This document shows positions 38,452-51,214 of a stretch of DNA of 64,000 nt, in pieces. The notes under the pieces were generated by a model that saw nothing but the letters and a program-made list of their open reading frames with translations, was not told the DNA's origin and did not search any database. This DNA comes from Octopus vulgaris. Lineage: Eukaryota. Location of the stretch: positions 16,430,001 to 16,494,000 of the forward strand of contig OX597815.1 in assembly GCA_951406725.2 (NCBI GenBank). Direction: 5' to 3'. Within the stretch, counting starts at the first letter, position 1. Each line of letters opens with the position of its first letter. Both the position numbers and the translations under genes were made by a program.

Positions 38452-39115
38452 AGGTGGCGAGCTGGTGGAATCGTTAGCACGCCGGGCAAAAATGCCTACC
38501 GGCATTTCGTTCGAATTCACGTTCTGAGTTTCAAATTCTGCCGAGGTCGACTTTGTTCTTCATCCTTTCGGGGTCGTTAAAAAAGAATACCTGTCGAAAA
38601 CTGGAGTCAATGTAATCCACTGGAACTTTTCGGTTTGAACGGCAGTTTTTTTTCTAGCGGTGTCATATGAAATTGTCACACATAGTTATGACCCTAGTAT
38701 CGATCTATTGCATTTCAATCTGTTTTAGGGTTAGGGTTAGTTAGGGTTAGTTAGGTTTAGGGATGGGTGGAAGGGTATCTTTTTTTCTTCACAAATGTAA
38801 ATAAACCCAATTTGTTTCTTAAACGAGGGACATATTCATACGGCACAGAATGTTGTTTACCTCAATGGACGTCATTGATTGGTTGAAATTGCAAAAATTG
38901 AAGAAAACCAACAACAAATATCTTACAAACTATAGAATTTTCTCAATAAAGCCAAGAGAAAAAGATGTTTTATAAACACATTCTACCAGTATACGAAGTT
39001 TAAAAGTGTTTAGTTACCTAGAAATTATGTTAAAAACTGCCGTTCAAACCGAAAAGATCCATCCACTTGCCCTCTTCCCTCGGACTTGATGGCTTTGTGC
39101 CACATTTTGAAATCC
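38452..39115 (+). mobile_element. SINE family A split by a GGATC-type MITE (38622-39060)
   Basis: MITE TIRs GGAACTTTTCGGTTTGAACGGCAG / CTGCCGTTCAAACCGAAAAGATCC; TSD ATCCACT; internal TTAGGG repeats. Confidence 0.85.
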
Positions 39116-39449
39116 CTATTAACGCTGGATAATCATGAGACCGCATAGTAGCATTCACTAGCATTTTCTGACTTTTACAATACCCAGCTTCTCTTGAAAG
39201 TGACAAATGGCTTAATATTATGTTTCGTCCAAAGACTTCAAAATTTCGAATGTGTCTTTGGACAAAACATAATGCCATTTGTTGGATTCTTTGTCTTTAA
39301 AAAAACATTGACACATATTTGTTACGTTTTTGGTCCCCCCGAGATTACAGATAGGACCTGCTTTCTATATTGTATCCACGCAGAAGCTTTTTATCGTTTA
39401 TACTTTTTACTTATCCACACTTGAGTGGTTGAGTTGTTTTTTTCATCAT

Positions 39450-39810
39450 CCACTCTCATCAGCGATTAAGGACCCTGATGACATCCCAAACCTACAGAAA
39501 AATCTGAATGCAATAGACAAGGGGGCAGATAAATATAGCATGAAGTTCAATGGTGCAGAATTTCAAGCACTGCGCTACAGGTTCACAAACAGACCACAGT
39601 CGGAATACACTGAACCAAGATGCAATGCAATCCCTGGGTCAGAGTTGGTGCGTGACATGAGATCCACATGAATAATGATGCAACATTTTATGTGCATATC
39701 ACATTTTATGTGCAACACTGTGCAGGCAAGTGGCTGACTGGATTCTGAGATCATTCAGAAGCAGAAAAAGGATCCCATTCCTCTGCAGAACTTTCGTTCT
39801 CAGTCGTCTA
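39450..39810 (+). mobile_element. CR1/L2-like LINE RT C-terminal fragment
   Basis: DIPNLQKNLNAIDKGADKYSMKFNGAEFQALRY...VRDM matches LQxDLxxxxxWAxxxxMxFNxxKFxxLxY. Confidence 0.7.
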
Positions 39811-39989
39811 ATTGACCACGACCCTGCCATACCTAGAAGTAAAAATGTATTTACTATCTAAACTAAAATACGGCATTAGTTTACACAAGTATCTGTTAAG
39901 CCATTAGAAACGTTACTTAAAAGCCCACCTCACGCTGTGGAATCAGAGTTTTGAACAACTTAACAGTTTCTAAGCTCGAATTAGTAACA

Positions 39990-41540
39990 TAAGCAACAGT
40001 TTGCCTTTAATAAAATCAAACACATTTTCTAGTTGTTTTAATCATCAAGGAAAGACATAGACATCGAATCCGACATCCGCTACAAACCAACAAACTCTAA
40101 ACAATACTTATTTCCACCTAAAACACACATGCAAATATATTGTTTAATCTAATGTGAATACGCTCAATTGTTTCAAAATTTTTTTAAAGTTCAGAATAAA
40201 TGACTCGGAGAATTAAAAAGAAAATTATTTTAAACACTGCAACCAACAATGTTGATTGATAGCAGAATGAACGTGGCACGGAAATTGACATTCAAGAATT
40301 ACGAAGAGCCAAAAAGAAAAAAAAAAGTAAGAACACCCAATGTCCAACCTTATTTTTGAATTGTTTCACTACTTAATTGTCTGAAATATCTTCAATCATT
40401 GAAATTTGGCAGAATGTACATATGATACAGTAAAAATATACTCCAAAGTTTTCACATTTTAGCATAAAGCATCCGACAGCAGACGTAGTTCCGGGTTCAG
40501 TTCCCCCGCGTGGCATCTTGAGCAAGTGTCTTCTATAATAGTCTCGGATCGACCAAAGCTTTCTAAGTGGATTTGGTTGACGGAAACTGAAAGAATTGGT
40601 AGAGTACTAGTCAAAACATATTGTATTAAGTCACTCCCTTTACGTTGTGAGTTCAAATCTCATAGGGGTAACTTTTCCTTTCATCCTTCCGGGGAAGTTA
40701 AGGTTAGTCAAGTACTGCGGTAGATAAACACATAAACCAAGAAATATGGAAATATACGATATTATCTATCGATACACTTCGTTTTTGAAGCAAAGCTGAA
40801 AAAAATGACAAAGACCTCGAAAAATAATCAAAAGTAGAAGACAACCAAAATCCTTTAAAAATATTGCATACTGGTGCCAAATTACTCTCTCAAAACATAA
40901 CACCAACAGCCAAAATATAGTCGTCCTAATTGCAGTATTTGCATCAGTCTTATAGAAGACATTTTGTAAATTTAAATCAGAACATATTTTCAAAATGAAA
41001 AACCAACTTCACTTGTTCGTCAAAAACGTTAATTTATGTTAAGTATAATAGGTGTAATGAAGTGTAAGGCGGCGAGCTGGCAGAAACGTTAGCACCTTGG
41101 GCGAAATGCGTAGCCGTATTTCGTCTGTCGTTACGTTCCGAGTTCAAATTCCGCCGAGGTTGACTTTGCCTTTCATCCTTTCGGGGTCGATAAATTAAGT
41201 ACCAGTTACGCACTGGGGTCGATGTAATTGACTTAATCCTTTTGTCTGTCCTTGTTTGTCCCCTCTGTGTTTAGCCTCTTGTGGGTAGTAAAGAAATATA
41301 TAATAGGTATAATGAAGTGTACAGAGGACAAACGAAACTTACATTAAGGCACAGATTGATTATTCATCGTCAATAGACACAAGATGCTAATACAGACAGA
41401 TTCTTCTAAGCGAATATTGAGACGTGTGCTACAAACATATCCCCAGAATCACAACACTTTGCACTTCAATTTTGTTCTGAGAAAACCAAATATCCAACAC
41501 GGGCAAATAAAGGAAATATTTTTAAGTAATACAAACTACG
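39990..41540 (+). mobile_element. Penelope-like remnant interrupted by a templated insertion and a SINE
   Basis: IESDIRYKPTNSKQYL; after removing the SINE: FTCSSKTLIYVKYNRCNEVYRGQTKLTLRHRLIIHRQ (GIY-YIG). Confidence 0.75.
41067..41297 (+). mobile_element. SINE family A, full length
   Basis: About 23-bp TSD TATAATAGGT(G/A)TAATGAAGTGTA. Confidence 0.9.
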
Positions 41541-41579
41541 ATTGAATAGCGATAACAGCATACGGAAAAGTACATAATA

Positions 41580-41744
41580 GGCGCAGGAGTGACTGTGTGG
41601 TAAGTAGCTTGCTAACCAACCACATGGTTGCGGGTTCAGTCCCACTGCGTGGCATCTTGGGCAAGTGTCTTCTACTATAGCCCCGGGCCGACCAATGCCT
41701 TGTGAGCGGATTTGGTAGACGGAAACTGAAAGAAGCCTGTCGTA

Positions 41745-41788
<44 letters not shown>

Positions 41789-42010
41789 CGTGTGTGTTTG
41801 TGTGTCTGTGTTTGTGCCCCTAGCATTGCTTGACAACCGATGCTGGTGTGTTTACGTCCCTGTCACTTAGCGGTTCGGCAAAAGAGACCGATAGAATAAG
41901 TACTGGACTTACAAAGAATAAGTCCCGGGGTCGATTTGATCGACTAAAGGTGGTGCTCCAGCATGGCCGCAGTCAAATGACTGAAACAAGTAAAAGAGAG
42001 TAAAGAGAGT
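41580..42010 (+). mobile_element. SINE family B, full length
   Basis: tRNA-like head GGCGCAGGAGTGACTGTGTGGTAAG...GGTTCAGTCCC, internal microsatellite, (GTAAAAGAGA) tail. Confidence 0.9.
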
Positions 42011-42407
42011 AACATAATTGCTGTTCGTACTCTCACACTGAAACGTATAGACAGCCATACGGTAAAGCATTTCTTATGGCAATCACCACAGCAGGACAAG
42101 CTCGAAGCAACGACAGCTACTCGACATGCTACGTATAACCACCAAATATCAGGTGTGAGCTTGATACATGGAAACATATATATACTGTTTCTGCTAACAG
42201 TGATAGTGTCTTCTTATCCGGTTAAGGATGTCGTAACAAAAGCAAACAACACGGCTGATGATGGACTTTTAAATCCGAAAGCGCTAAAATCAATAAACAA
42301 TTTCAAATTAATCAGCAGCAAAGTTCAATTTCCGATTATTTGTTTGTTAGAATTTATCTATCCATACATACATATTTATGCATAAATATTTATGCCATAA
42401 TTTTATA

Positions 42408-43627
42408 TATTAGAGTTACGATTTTTTTTAAATGACTTTTGTCAATGTTATGATTTTCACCTTTTGACATTTGATAGCTGTTACTTTTGACTTACTTTAG
42501 AAGCAAATTGCGCGTAAATTTTGTTTACAGATGTTCATTCTGTGTCAATTTTAACATGGAGTACAAAAACGAACATTTTTCGCCATATTTTGCGTTTTTT
42601 ATTTCCGTAAAGACGAGAAAGCTATTGAAGCTCACAAAAAGATATGTGAATTTTATGGTGTTGATTGCTTAACAGAACGCTCATGTCAGGAATGGTTTAA
42701 AAAATTCCATTCTGGAGATTTTTCACTCAAAGATGACCAACGTTCTGGTCGACTTACTGAAGTTGATGACTGAATCAAAGTCATAATTGAATCTAATAGT
42801 AAAACTGCGAGAGATTGCACACAACAATTGAAAATCACTTAAAATGTCTTGGACTCATTAAGAAGCTCAATAGTTCCACATAACTTGAAAGAGATTCATT
42901 TAATGCAACGAATCAATATTTGCGATATGCTTCTCAAACGCAATGAAATCGACCTTTTCTTTTTGAAACAAATCATCACTGGTGATGAAAAATGGATTGT
43001 CTGTAATAACATCAATTGAAAACGATCGTGGTCCAAGCGTAACGAACCAGCACAAACCACATCGAAAGCTGAATTGCATCAAAAAGAAGTCATGCTGCCA
43101 ATTTGGTGGGATTACAAAGGTGTTGTGTATTTTGAGCTGCTTCCAAGGAGCTAAACGATTAATTCAGATGTTTACTGTCAACAACTAATGAAACTGGAGG
43201 AATCAATCAAAGCAAAACGGCCAGAATTGGCAAATCGTAAAGGAATCGTATTCCACCATGACAATGCTAGGCCACACACATGTTTGCTAACTTGTGAAAA
43301 ATTATTGGAGCTTGGTTGGGAAGTGATGTTACATCCACCATATAGCCCTGACATTGCACCATCAGATTACCATTTATTTCGAAGTTTGCAAAATTCTTTG
43401 AATGGTAAAACTTACAATAATGATGATGAAGGGAAAACGGGCTTGCTTCAGTTTTTGGCCGATAAGGACCAGAAGTTCTATGAGTGCGGAATCATGAAGT
43501 TGCCAGAAAGATGGCAAAAGGTCATCGAACAAAATGGAAAATATATAATCGATTAAAGTTCATTCTTTGTATGAAAAAGAATGACTTTTATTTCACACAA
43601 AAAAACCGAAATTACTTTCTTGCCAAC

Positions 43628-43632
<5 letters not shown>
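42408..43632 (+). mobile_element. mariner transposon (mellifera-like TIR), decayed transposase 42556-43556
   Basis: VPH, ITGDEKW, HHDNARPH and HPPYSPDIAPSDYHLF motifs; 3' TIR CCGAAATTACTTTCTTGCCAACCCAA followed by TA; frameshifts and stops; 5' TIR degenerate. Confidence 0.93.
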
Positions 43633-43700
<68 letters not shown>

Positions 43701-43705
<5 letters not shown>

Positions 43706-44385
43706 ATTGAAGAAATGGAGTTGAACGAAGATTGAACAGAAATCGTTTTATTGCATTCTACACGTGTTTCGAAAGCCACAATTTACCAAATTCCGATTGA
43801 ATAAGGAGACCATATTGTGTCTTTCTCTTCAGGAAGAAATAGGAAATCCGTTGGCAAAAACCAAAACAGAACAGAGGCGCAGCAAAACAAATCGAACGAG
43901 GCTCCTAAGAGCCCATGGCTCTTAGGAGCCTCGTTCGATTTGTTTTGCTGCGCCTCTGTTCTGTTTTTGTTTTTGCCAACGGATTTCCTATTTCTTCCTG
44001 AAGAGAAAGACACCATGGCTCTTAGGAGCCTCGTTCGATTTGTTTTGCTGCGCCTCTGTTCTGTTTTTGTTTTTGCCAACGGATTTCCTATTTCTTCCTG
44101 AAGAGAAAGACACAATATGGTCTCCTTATTCAATCGGAATTTGGTAAATTGTGGCTTTCGAAACACATGTAGAATGCAATAAAACGATTTCTGTTCAATC
44201 TTCGTTCAACTCCATTTCTTCAATTCACTAATAATATTAAAATTCAATTATCCGCACCAACGCATGGTTGCAACACCATATGGTTGTACCTCCAACCGTG
44301 CTGTCTTCTGCTGTGATTTTTGCTACCAAGGTATCGGTTAAACTTTTGATTAATCTGCAATAAGATTATTCATCTTTCTATTTCA

Positions 44386-44390
<5 letters not shown>
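43701..44390. mobile_element. Fold-back PLE-type element in (TA)n: inverted, partial tandem and full copy, with two canonical-core hammerheads
   Basis: Arm 43701-43910; CCATG pivot; partial arm to 44012; full arm to 44230. Motif ttc-CTGAAGA-gaaag...ctttc-GAAA-cac(a/g)tg-TA-gaa at 44095-44174 (+) and 43756-43835 (-). Confidence 0.85.
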
Positions 44391-44471
<81 letters not shown>

Positions 44472-44874
44472 CTGCCGTAAGGTTTTACTTCCACACATGC
44501 CAGCTTAAGTTAATTCGTCCTTAGTCGAAAGACACCTGTTGTTAATGTCTTGTTTGTATTTGTAATTGTGTACTATTTCTCCGTTTTTCCGTCCTTGTTT
44601 TCGTATACATTCGCTTGCTTTCTTTCAAAGAATCTAGTGCTCTTAGTTAGATTTTCTTGAGGCCGGCCAGATTACAGCAGTCTCGAGAGTAACCGGCGAA
44701 ACTACTAAGACGATCTGGTACTCGACTGAAGATATATATATATATATAAACAAAACAAACAATAGAACAAGAACGTAACAGGTGACAACAAAACATTCGG
44801 ACAGTTAAACGATACATAATAGGAGAGGAAAAAACAAGGACGGGTCATTCGGAGCTTATATATATATATATATA

Positions 44875-44983
44875 ATTTAAAGCAGTTTGATTAGGTTTCC
44901 ATGCTACTTCAAACTTTACAGGCCCCTACCGGAACCTACGAAACTTGAAGTAGCACGGAAACCGAATCGGACTGTTTTAAATA
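44875..44983. repeat. Degenerate short inverted repeat between (TA)n tracts
   Basis: TTTAAAGCAGTTTGATT...GCTACTTCAA / TTGAAGTAGC...AATCGGACTGTTTTAAA. Confidence 0.7.
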
Positions 44984-45375
44984 ATACTTGCAGCTCCAAC
45001 TAAACGTGTTGAGTGCCTCTTTCGTTCGTTTGTCCACTCATATATATATATATTTATGTTTCTAAGTCTCACAACATTTCTTCCGCTCTTTCTACCCACT
45101 TAAATATTAGTTTATTATTATAAAATTCGAATTTTGCCACTCTTCCTTCAGAAGAAAAACACAGCACTTCCAGCTTGTCCACATTAATGTAACATGCTCA
45201 CGAGTTGATAACAATTTCTACTTGTTTGATGTATTAGTATGTCCACATATTCGTGTAATACACATTATAAACCAAGCAATAAATGAATTTTTGAAACAGC
45301 TGTAAAGTCATTGAAGGATTACGTTTTCCTACGTTTTTCCATACGTTTATGTAACATCATTTATTAATGATATAA

Positions 45376-45433
<58 letters not shown>

Positions 45434-45434
45434 A

Positions 45435-45883
45435 TAAAATTAAAGTCAAAATGAGGGTGAAAAATTGGATATTAATTTAATAACATCAATTTCACACCAG
45501 TGGTCTAGCGTATAAAAAACTGAGATTCAGTAAATAGTATTCCATACATAAATATGAGAGGGAACCACTATGTGGAAGCCCTTACGCTCAAAGGTCTCAA
45601 CTACTAAGAATTGTTCTCCAGAAAATTTAGCACACCATGAACGTAAGCGAGCAAGACATGAAAAATAACAAAAATATAGATTAACCCCATACAATTGTTT
45701 CAGTTTATTAACAGTGAAACAATTGTATGGAGTTAATCTATATTTTTGTTATTTTCCATTTGTCTTGCTCGCTTACGTTCATGGTGTGCTAAATTTTCTG
45801 GAGAACAATTCTTAGTGGTTGAGACCTTTGCGAATCTCTTTTTAGCGTAAGGGCTTCCACATAGTAGTTCCCTCTCATATTTA

Positions 45884-45885
<2 letters not shown>
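45435..45885. mobile_element. Fold-back element in (TA)n; arms 45547-45702 and 45715-45885
   Basis: About 155-bp inverted arms; the pivot falls next to a hammerhead 3' half GAAA-caattg-TA. Confidence 0.75.
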
Positions 45886-45914
<29 letters not shown>

Positions 45915-45918
<4 letters not shown>

Positions 45919-46270
45919 TAAAGTAAAGCAAAAGAGCCCCTTCGGTCATGAATGACCATGCGATTGCACCTAGAAAGTTCCCCTCCCAGGCACAAGTCCG
46001 CGAAAGGTTGTTTATGGAAGGCCACCAGTCGCTCATACATACGAGGCTCTCCTCTCCACACCACCGATGTTATCCAAGGTATAGCTTGGCATCAGTGACG
46101 TTGCAACTCATTTCTACCACTGAGTCGCAAATCATGTTTACAGCTGAGTGAACTGGAGTCACGTGAAATAAAGTGTCTTTTCTCAAGAACACAACACGCA
46201 GAGGGGTCCGAGAATCGAACACACTACCTCATGGTTGTGAGCCCGATGCTCTAACCACTAAGCCATGCGC
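45915..46270 (-). mobile_element. SINE family D
   Basis: Reverse complement of 635-969, with a short (TTTAC/TTTGC) tail. Confidence 0.85.
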
Positions 46271-46281
46271 ATACGCACGCG

Positions 46282-46364
<83 letters not shown>

Positions 46365-46583
46365 CATGTTGGACCGCTGAACTCTACGCAGTTTTTCTCT
46401 CTCCGTTTTTTTTTTTTCATTCTTTCCATTTTTTCTTCTTAATCCTTTCTGTCGAGGAGCATTGGCTCAAAATGCAAAAGACTTTTCCATTTTCCCGAGC
46501 ATTAAACTAATACACCTGCTTGTTGTTCTTATACCTGTCTTTGTCTTTTGTTTTCTGTAAATTTGAACTATTTATATATATAC

Positions 46584-46621
<38 letters not shown>

Positions 46622-46626
<5 letters not shown>

Positions 46627-46853
46627 CGTGGTTTAGTGGTTAGGGTGTCAGCATCATGATCGTAAGATTGTGGTTTCGATTCCTGTTGAGTTCTTGAGCA
46701 AAACACTTCCTTTCACGTTGCTCCAGTCCACTCAGCTGGCAAAAATGAGTAACGCTGCGATGGACTGGCGTCCCGTCCAGCTGGGGAACACATACGCCAT
46801 TGAAACCGGGAAACCGGGCCCATGAGCCTGGCTAGGCTTTAAAAGGGCGCATT

Positions 46854-46855
<2 letters not shown>
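46622..46855 (+). mobile_element. tRNA-derived SINE related to family D
   Basis: GGCGCGTGGTTTAGTGGTTAGG...GTTTCGATTCC, then TTCTTGAGCAAAACACTT...CACTCAGCTG. Confidence 0.75.
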
Positions 46856-46898
<43 letters not shown>

Positions 46899-47459
46899 TT
46901 TGAAAAACAGAAAAAGAATGACTTCACTGGTAGTTCAAATCAGTTTAATTTATTATTTTTGAATTTTTTTATTAATATATATTTTAGTTCATAGGTCTAG
47001 TAATTTCTTTATTGTTAACTTGGGTGTGGAGAAATTTTTTTAAAACAATTTCTTGTTAACTTCTTTGGAGAACTTTCTCTCATTCGTTGTCAAACAGATC
47101 TGAGGATTTGTGGGTTTTGTGATTCTATATATGGGATTTGTGTGTGTTTCGGGTGGGGTGGGGTTTTGTTAATCGGTGTGGGAGTGAAAGACCGTTGGTG
47201 AATGAGAGCTGAAAGCATTTATATAAGTGTGTGTGCATATATATGAGTGTGTGTATATTTATATAAGTGTGTGTGTATATATATGAGTATATCTGTGCAT
47301 ATGTGTATGTATATGTATGTAAATGTGGATGTGTGTGTATATATATATATATGTATATGTGTATGTGTATGTATGGATAGATATAAGTGTATTTATATAT
47401 ATGTGTGTGTGCGTACATTAGTATATATGCGGATGTATGTATACATATATATGTATATG

Positions 47460-47529
<70 letters not shown>

Positions 47530-47533
<4 letters not shown>

Positions 47534-47745
47534 TTAATCCAAACAAGAAAGCACAAAAAACAACAACGCAAGGACGAGGAACAAATATAGTATTATTGGA
47601 CGCTCAGGAAAGAAGGAAAGAAGGAGGGTTTAACGTTTCGAGCGGAGCTCTTCGTCGGAAACATAGGAGAAGAAAAGATCCAGAGAAGGGAAGACAGAGG
47701 AAAACAAAATCGCCAACGGTACACACGCGGTCACATTTTGAATGT
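47530..47745 (-). mobile_element. Short pLTR-like element in (TA)n with minimal hammerhead (47628-47662)
   Basis: Minus strand: gttt-CCGACGA-a-gagc tcc gctc-GAAA-cg-TT-aaac. Confidence 0.7.
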
Positions 47746-47775
47746 GTATATATGTATATATGTATATATGTATGC

Positions 47776-47814
<39 letters not shown>

Positions 47815-47832
47815 TCGACCCCCATTTTCTCA

Positions 47833-47870
<38 letters not shown>

Positions 47871-48141
47871 TATATTCTTTTATTCTTTTACTTGTTTCAG
47901 TTATTTGACTGCAGCCTTGCTGGAGCACCGCCTTTAGTCAAACAAATCGACCCCAGGACTTATTCTTTGTAAGCCTAGTACTTATTCTAGCGGTATTCTT
48001 GAACCATTGACAACTCAGGACATATTTTGCTGCAATTAGACCTCTTCAGCGAAATATTATTGCCCTTTACATGTCTGTTAGCTCAGTTGGGAGAAAGAAA
48101 TATGTGTATATACAGAGGGTGTATATATACTGACATGACAA

Positions 48142-48739
48142 AAGGGGGCGAGCTGGCAGAAACGTTAGCACGCCGGGCGAAATGCGTAGCCGTATTTCGT
48201 CTGTCGCTACGTTCTGAGTTCAAATTCCGCCGAGGTCGACTTTGCCTTTCATCCTTTCGGGGTCGATAAATTAAATACCAGTTACGCACGGGGGTCGATG
48301 TAATCGACTTAATCCGTTTGTATGTCCTTGTTTGTCTCCTCTGTGTTTAGCCCCTTGTGGGTGGTAAAGAAATAGGTATTTCGTCTGTCATTACATTCTG
48401 AATTCAAATTCCGCCGAGATTGACTTTGCCTTTCATCCTTTAGGGGTCGATAAATTAAGTACCAGTTACGCACTGGGGTCGATGTAATCGACTTAATCCC
48501 TTTGTCTATCCTTGTTTGTCCCCTCTGTGTTTAGCCCCTTGTGGGTAGTAAAGAAATAGGTATTTCGTCTGTCGTTACGTTCTGAGTTCAAATTCCGCCA
48601 AGGTCGACTTTGCCTTTCATCCTTTCGGGGTCGATAAATTAAGTACCAGTTACGCACTGGGGTCGATGTAATCGACTTAATCCGTTTGTCTGTCTTTGTT
48701 TGTCCCCTCTGTGTTTAGCCCCTTGTGGGTAGTAAAGAA
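48142..48739 (+). mobile_element. Trimeric SINE family A insertion
   Basis: One head and three about 190-bp bodies inside a single 19-bp TSD ATATATACTGACATGACAA. Confidence 0.9.
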
Positions 48740-50507
48740 ATATATACTGACATGACAAGGCAACATTAAGCCCGAGGGAAACAGAGATATATTTACAGCA
48801 TGGACTATACATGTAAAAGTAATGAAGGAGAGGGAGCATTTATTGAGTAATGCTTTATCCAACGAAGGAAAAGCAAGGGTGGTAACTCGGAAAATATTTC
48901 TTTCGTGTCTAGCTCACCAGAGCCTCAATGAATTTTAAATAGAAATGTAGAAAAGTATGAGAGGAACAGTAGCTGGTCTTTTCCAGAAGCGTTTGATGGA
49001 TTGTGAAATGTTACGATGTAAGATGTTTTACAGTATATGCATGTGTGCACCAGTGTGAGTATGTGTGGGGGTTGAGTAGGTGTATTGTGTGATTATATAT
49101 TCGTAAAGAGAGTGGTAAAAGACGACAGGAGTAGCCAGGTGTCTGATATTCTACCTCACAATCCTACAGATCGATAACCAGGTTCATACTTGCGTGTGCT
49201 GTGATGTTTACTTGTGGATGGACGTGCAGATGTCTGTTTAGATTGGATTTTTCATCAAGCTGTAACTTCTGTTGAAGCAGAACCTCATTTAAAGCACTGT
49301 CTCTTATTAAATTAAAAAGAATTGATTCGAATTGAAACCTGCCTGCCCACATGGTTCTCTGCAGAGTGATATGTTTGTCTTTTTTTAAATAAATATACAA
49401 ATAAGACTTCAGTCAGAAGTAGATTTGCAGCGTTAAATTTCGGGATTCGTAACAAAAGAAAAGAAAAATACCTGTTTGTTTTTTTAACAAAAGAAAAAAA
49501 AAGTTTCTGCATGTCTGAAAGTAGATGACTGGCTAATGTGGGGTTATTAGTTAGGTGTGTGAGATGGCGGGGGTATTATATGTGGCGTACTAAATAATAA
49601 GCAAATAAGGTTGTTGACCGGGCCCGATCTCTTGAGAAATAACTGGTGTTTATGTCTGAGGGATCACTTGCTGTTTGTATCCGTAATACTTATGTAATTA
49701 TATCAAACATCGATCGGCTGGTTCCATGTACTGCTAAGATATGGCTGATATTATGGTGTGTAGAGGTAAATCCGGGAGATGAGAGAGTATTACTATCAGA
49801 TGTAGTTCATTTTGCTTTTTCTGCTAGTCAGAGTATATATATTTGATATATCAGTCTTATGATGCTGAAATCATATAGCTATTTAAGTTCTTCAAGCACT
49901 GGAGTCGTTAAAAGTTATCTAAAAGTATGTTGAGTGAATCCGTAATTGAGCGATTTTGGTTGTGATGCATTTTATTAAGTGTAAAATTTAGTCATGCAAT
50001 TTTTAATTGCAAAAGTACAGTTACTTTACTTGTACCGTGGTTATATTACCACCATATTACTATTACCTAGCACTGTTCAACGAATCAGATTATTGCTAAT
50101 GTATTATAAATGCTAATCGGGGCTTTTAAACAGATAAGAAACATTACTCTTATAACGGTTTATAAGTTGTAGATAATGAGAGGAAGAAAATTATTATTAA
50201 TTGATTGAAAAGGCCTTCTTTGAGTTGTTATATACAAATTATTTGTCATTCTGTTATCCAATCTGTAGGTAATTAAATTCATGTTTTGTTGACTGCTAGA
50301 AGACTGATTAGTTAAGGGGGGAGAGAGATAAAGAGTAAGAGAGTTTACCTCTCTGGACTGACAAGTAGACAGGGTGAAAGCTGTATTGTCGCGCAATAAC
50401 AAACCATAAGTGAAGGGGGAGAAATAGATGCTCTTCGGCTAGGTGCCAAGTGACCAAAGAGATAGAACCGATTTTTGATTCTGTATTTATATTTTTCCTT
50501 ACTGGTA

Positions 50508-50833
50508 ATTAAGTACCCCAAATACATCCAAAAAAGAAATTCCCCAGCCCATTCGAGACACGTGCGATTTGAACTGAGGCATATTTGGCATTAGAAATTT
50601 TTTCGTTTGCCCTTATTTATAAGTTGTTTATAAATTTAACTTTTAAAGGTATTTTTTAATATGATGGCCATTGATAAAAAATTTTTTCGAAAGAAATTTT
50701 ATCCTACATTAAATATAAATTTAATAGTGTTCACTTCCGGACTCTCCCACTCTGTGAGTGCCTCAGTTCAAACCGCACGTGGCTCGAATGGGCTGGAGAA
50801 TTTCTTTTTTGGATGTATTTGGGGTACTTAATT
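50508..50833. repeat. About 74-bp inverted repeat (50508-50581 and 50759-50833), with a 50-bp direct repeat at 50578 and 51056
   Basis: AATTAAGTACCCCAAATACATCC...GAACTGAGGCA and its reverse complement. Confidence 0.8.
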
Positions 50834-51102
50834 GCGCTCATGACTTAGTGTTTGCTTCTTCCATGGGTATGAGTAAGTATCTCATTTATTTCTTTGCCAC
50901 ATTTATCACTGACGAAGGGAGGGTTCCTTTGAACTAACCCTGAAATCGGTCCGATATGGTAATAATGGAATTTTTTAGAAATTTCTGTCGACCTTTTTCG
51001 AGTAGTGTGCGTATTGTGAAAAATTATAATGGTTATGGACAATGTGTCTCATTTCGGCATATTTGGCATTAGAAATTTTTTCGTTTGCCCTTATTTATAA
51101 GT

Positions 51103-51164
<62 letters not shown>

Positions 51165-51214
51165 TGTATATATATACATATATACAAATAAATATATATA
51201 CGTATATATATATA

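Noticed and set aside
43783-44166. Overlapping sense and antisense ORFs with the same peptide
   Set aside because: They are a by-product of the inverted repeat.
48790-50500. Possible decayed PLE 5' region on the minus strand
   Set aside because: Only a weak LLNK-SFI resemblance; no convincing motif run could be read by eye.
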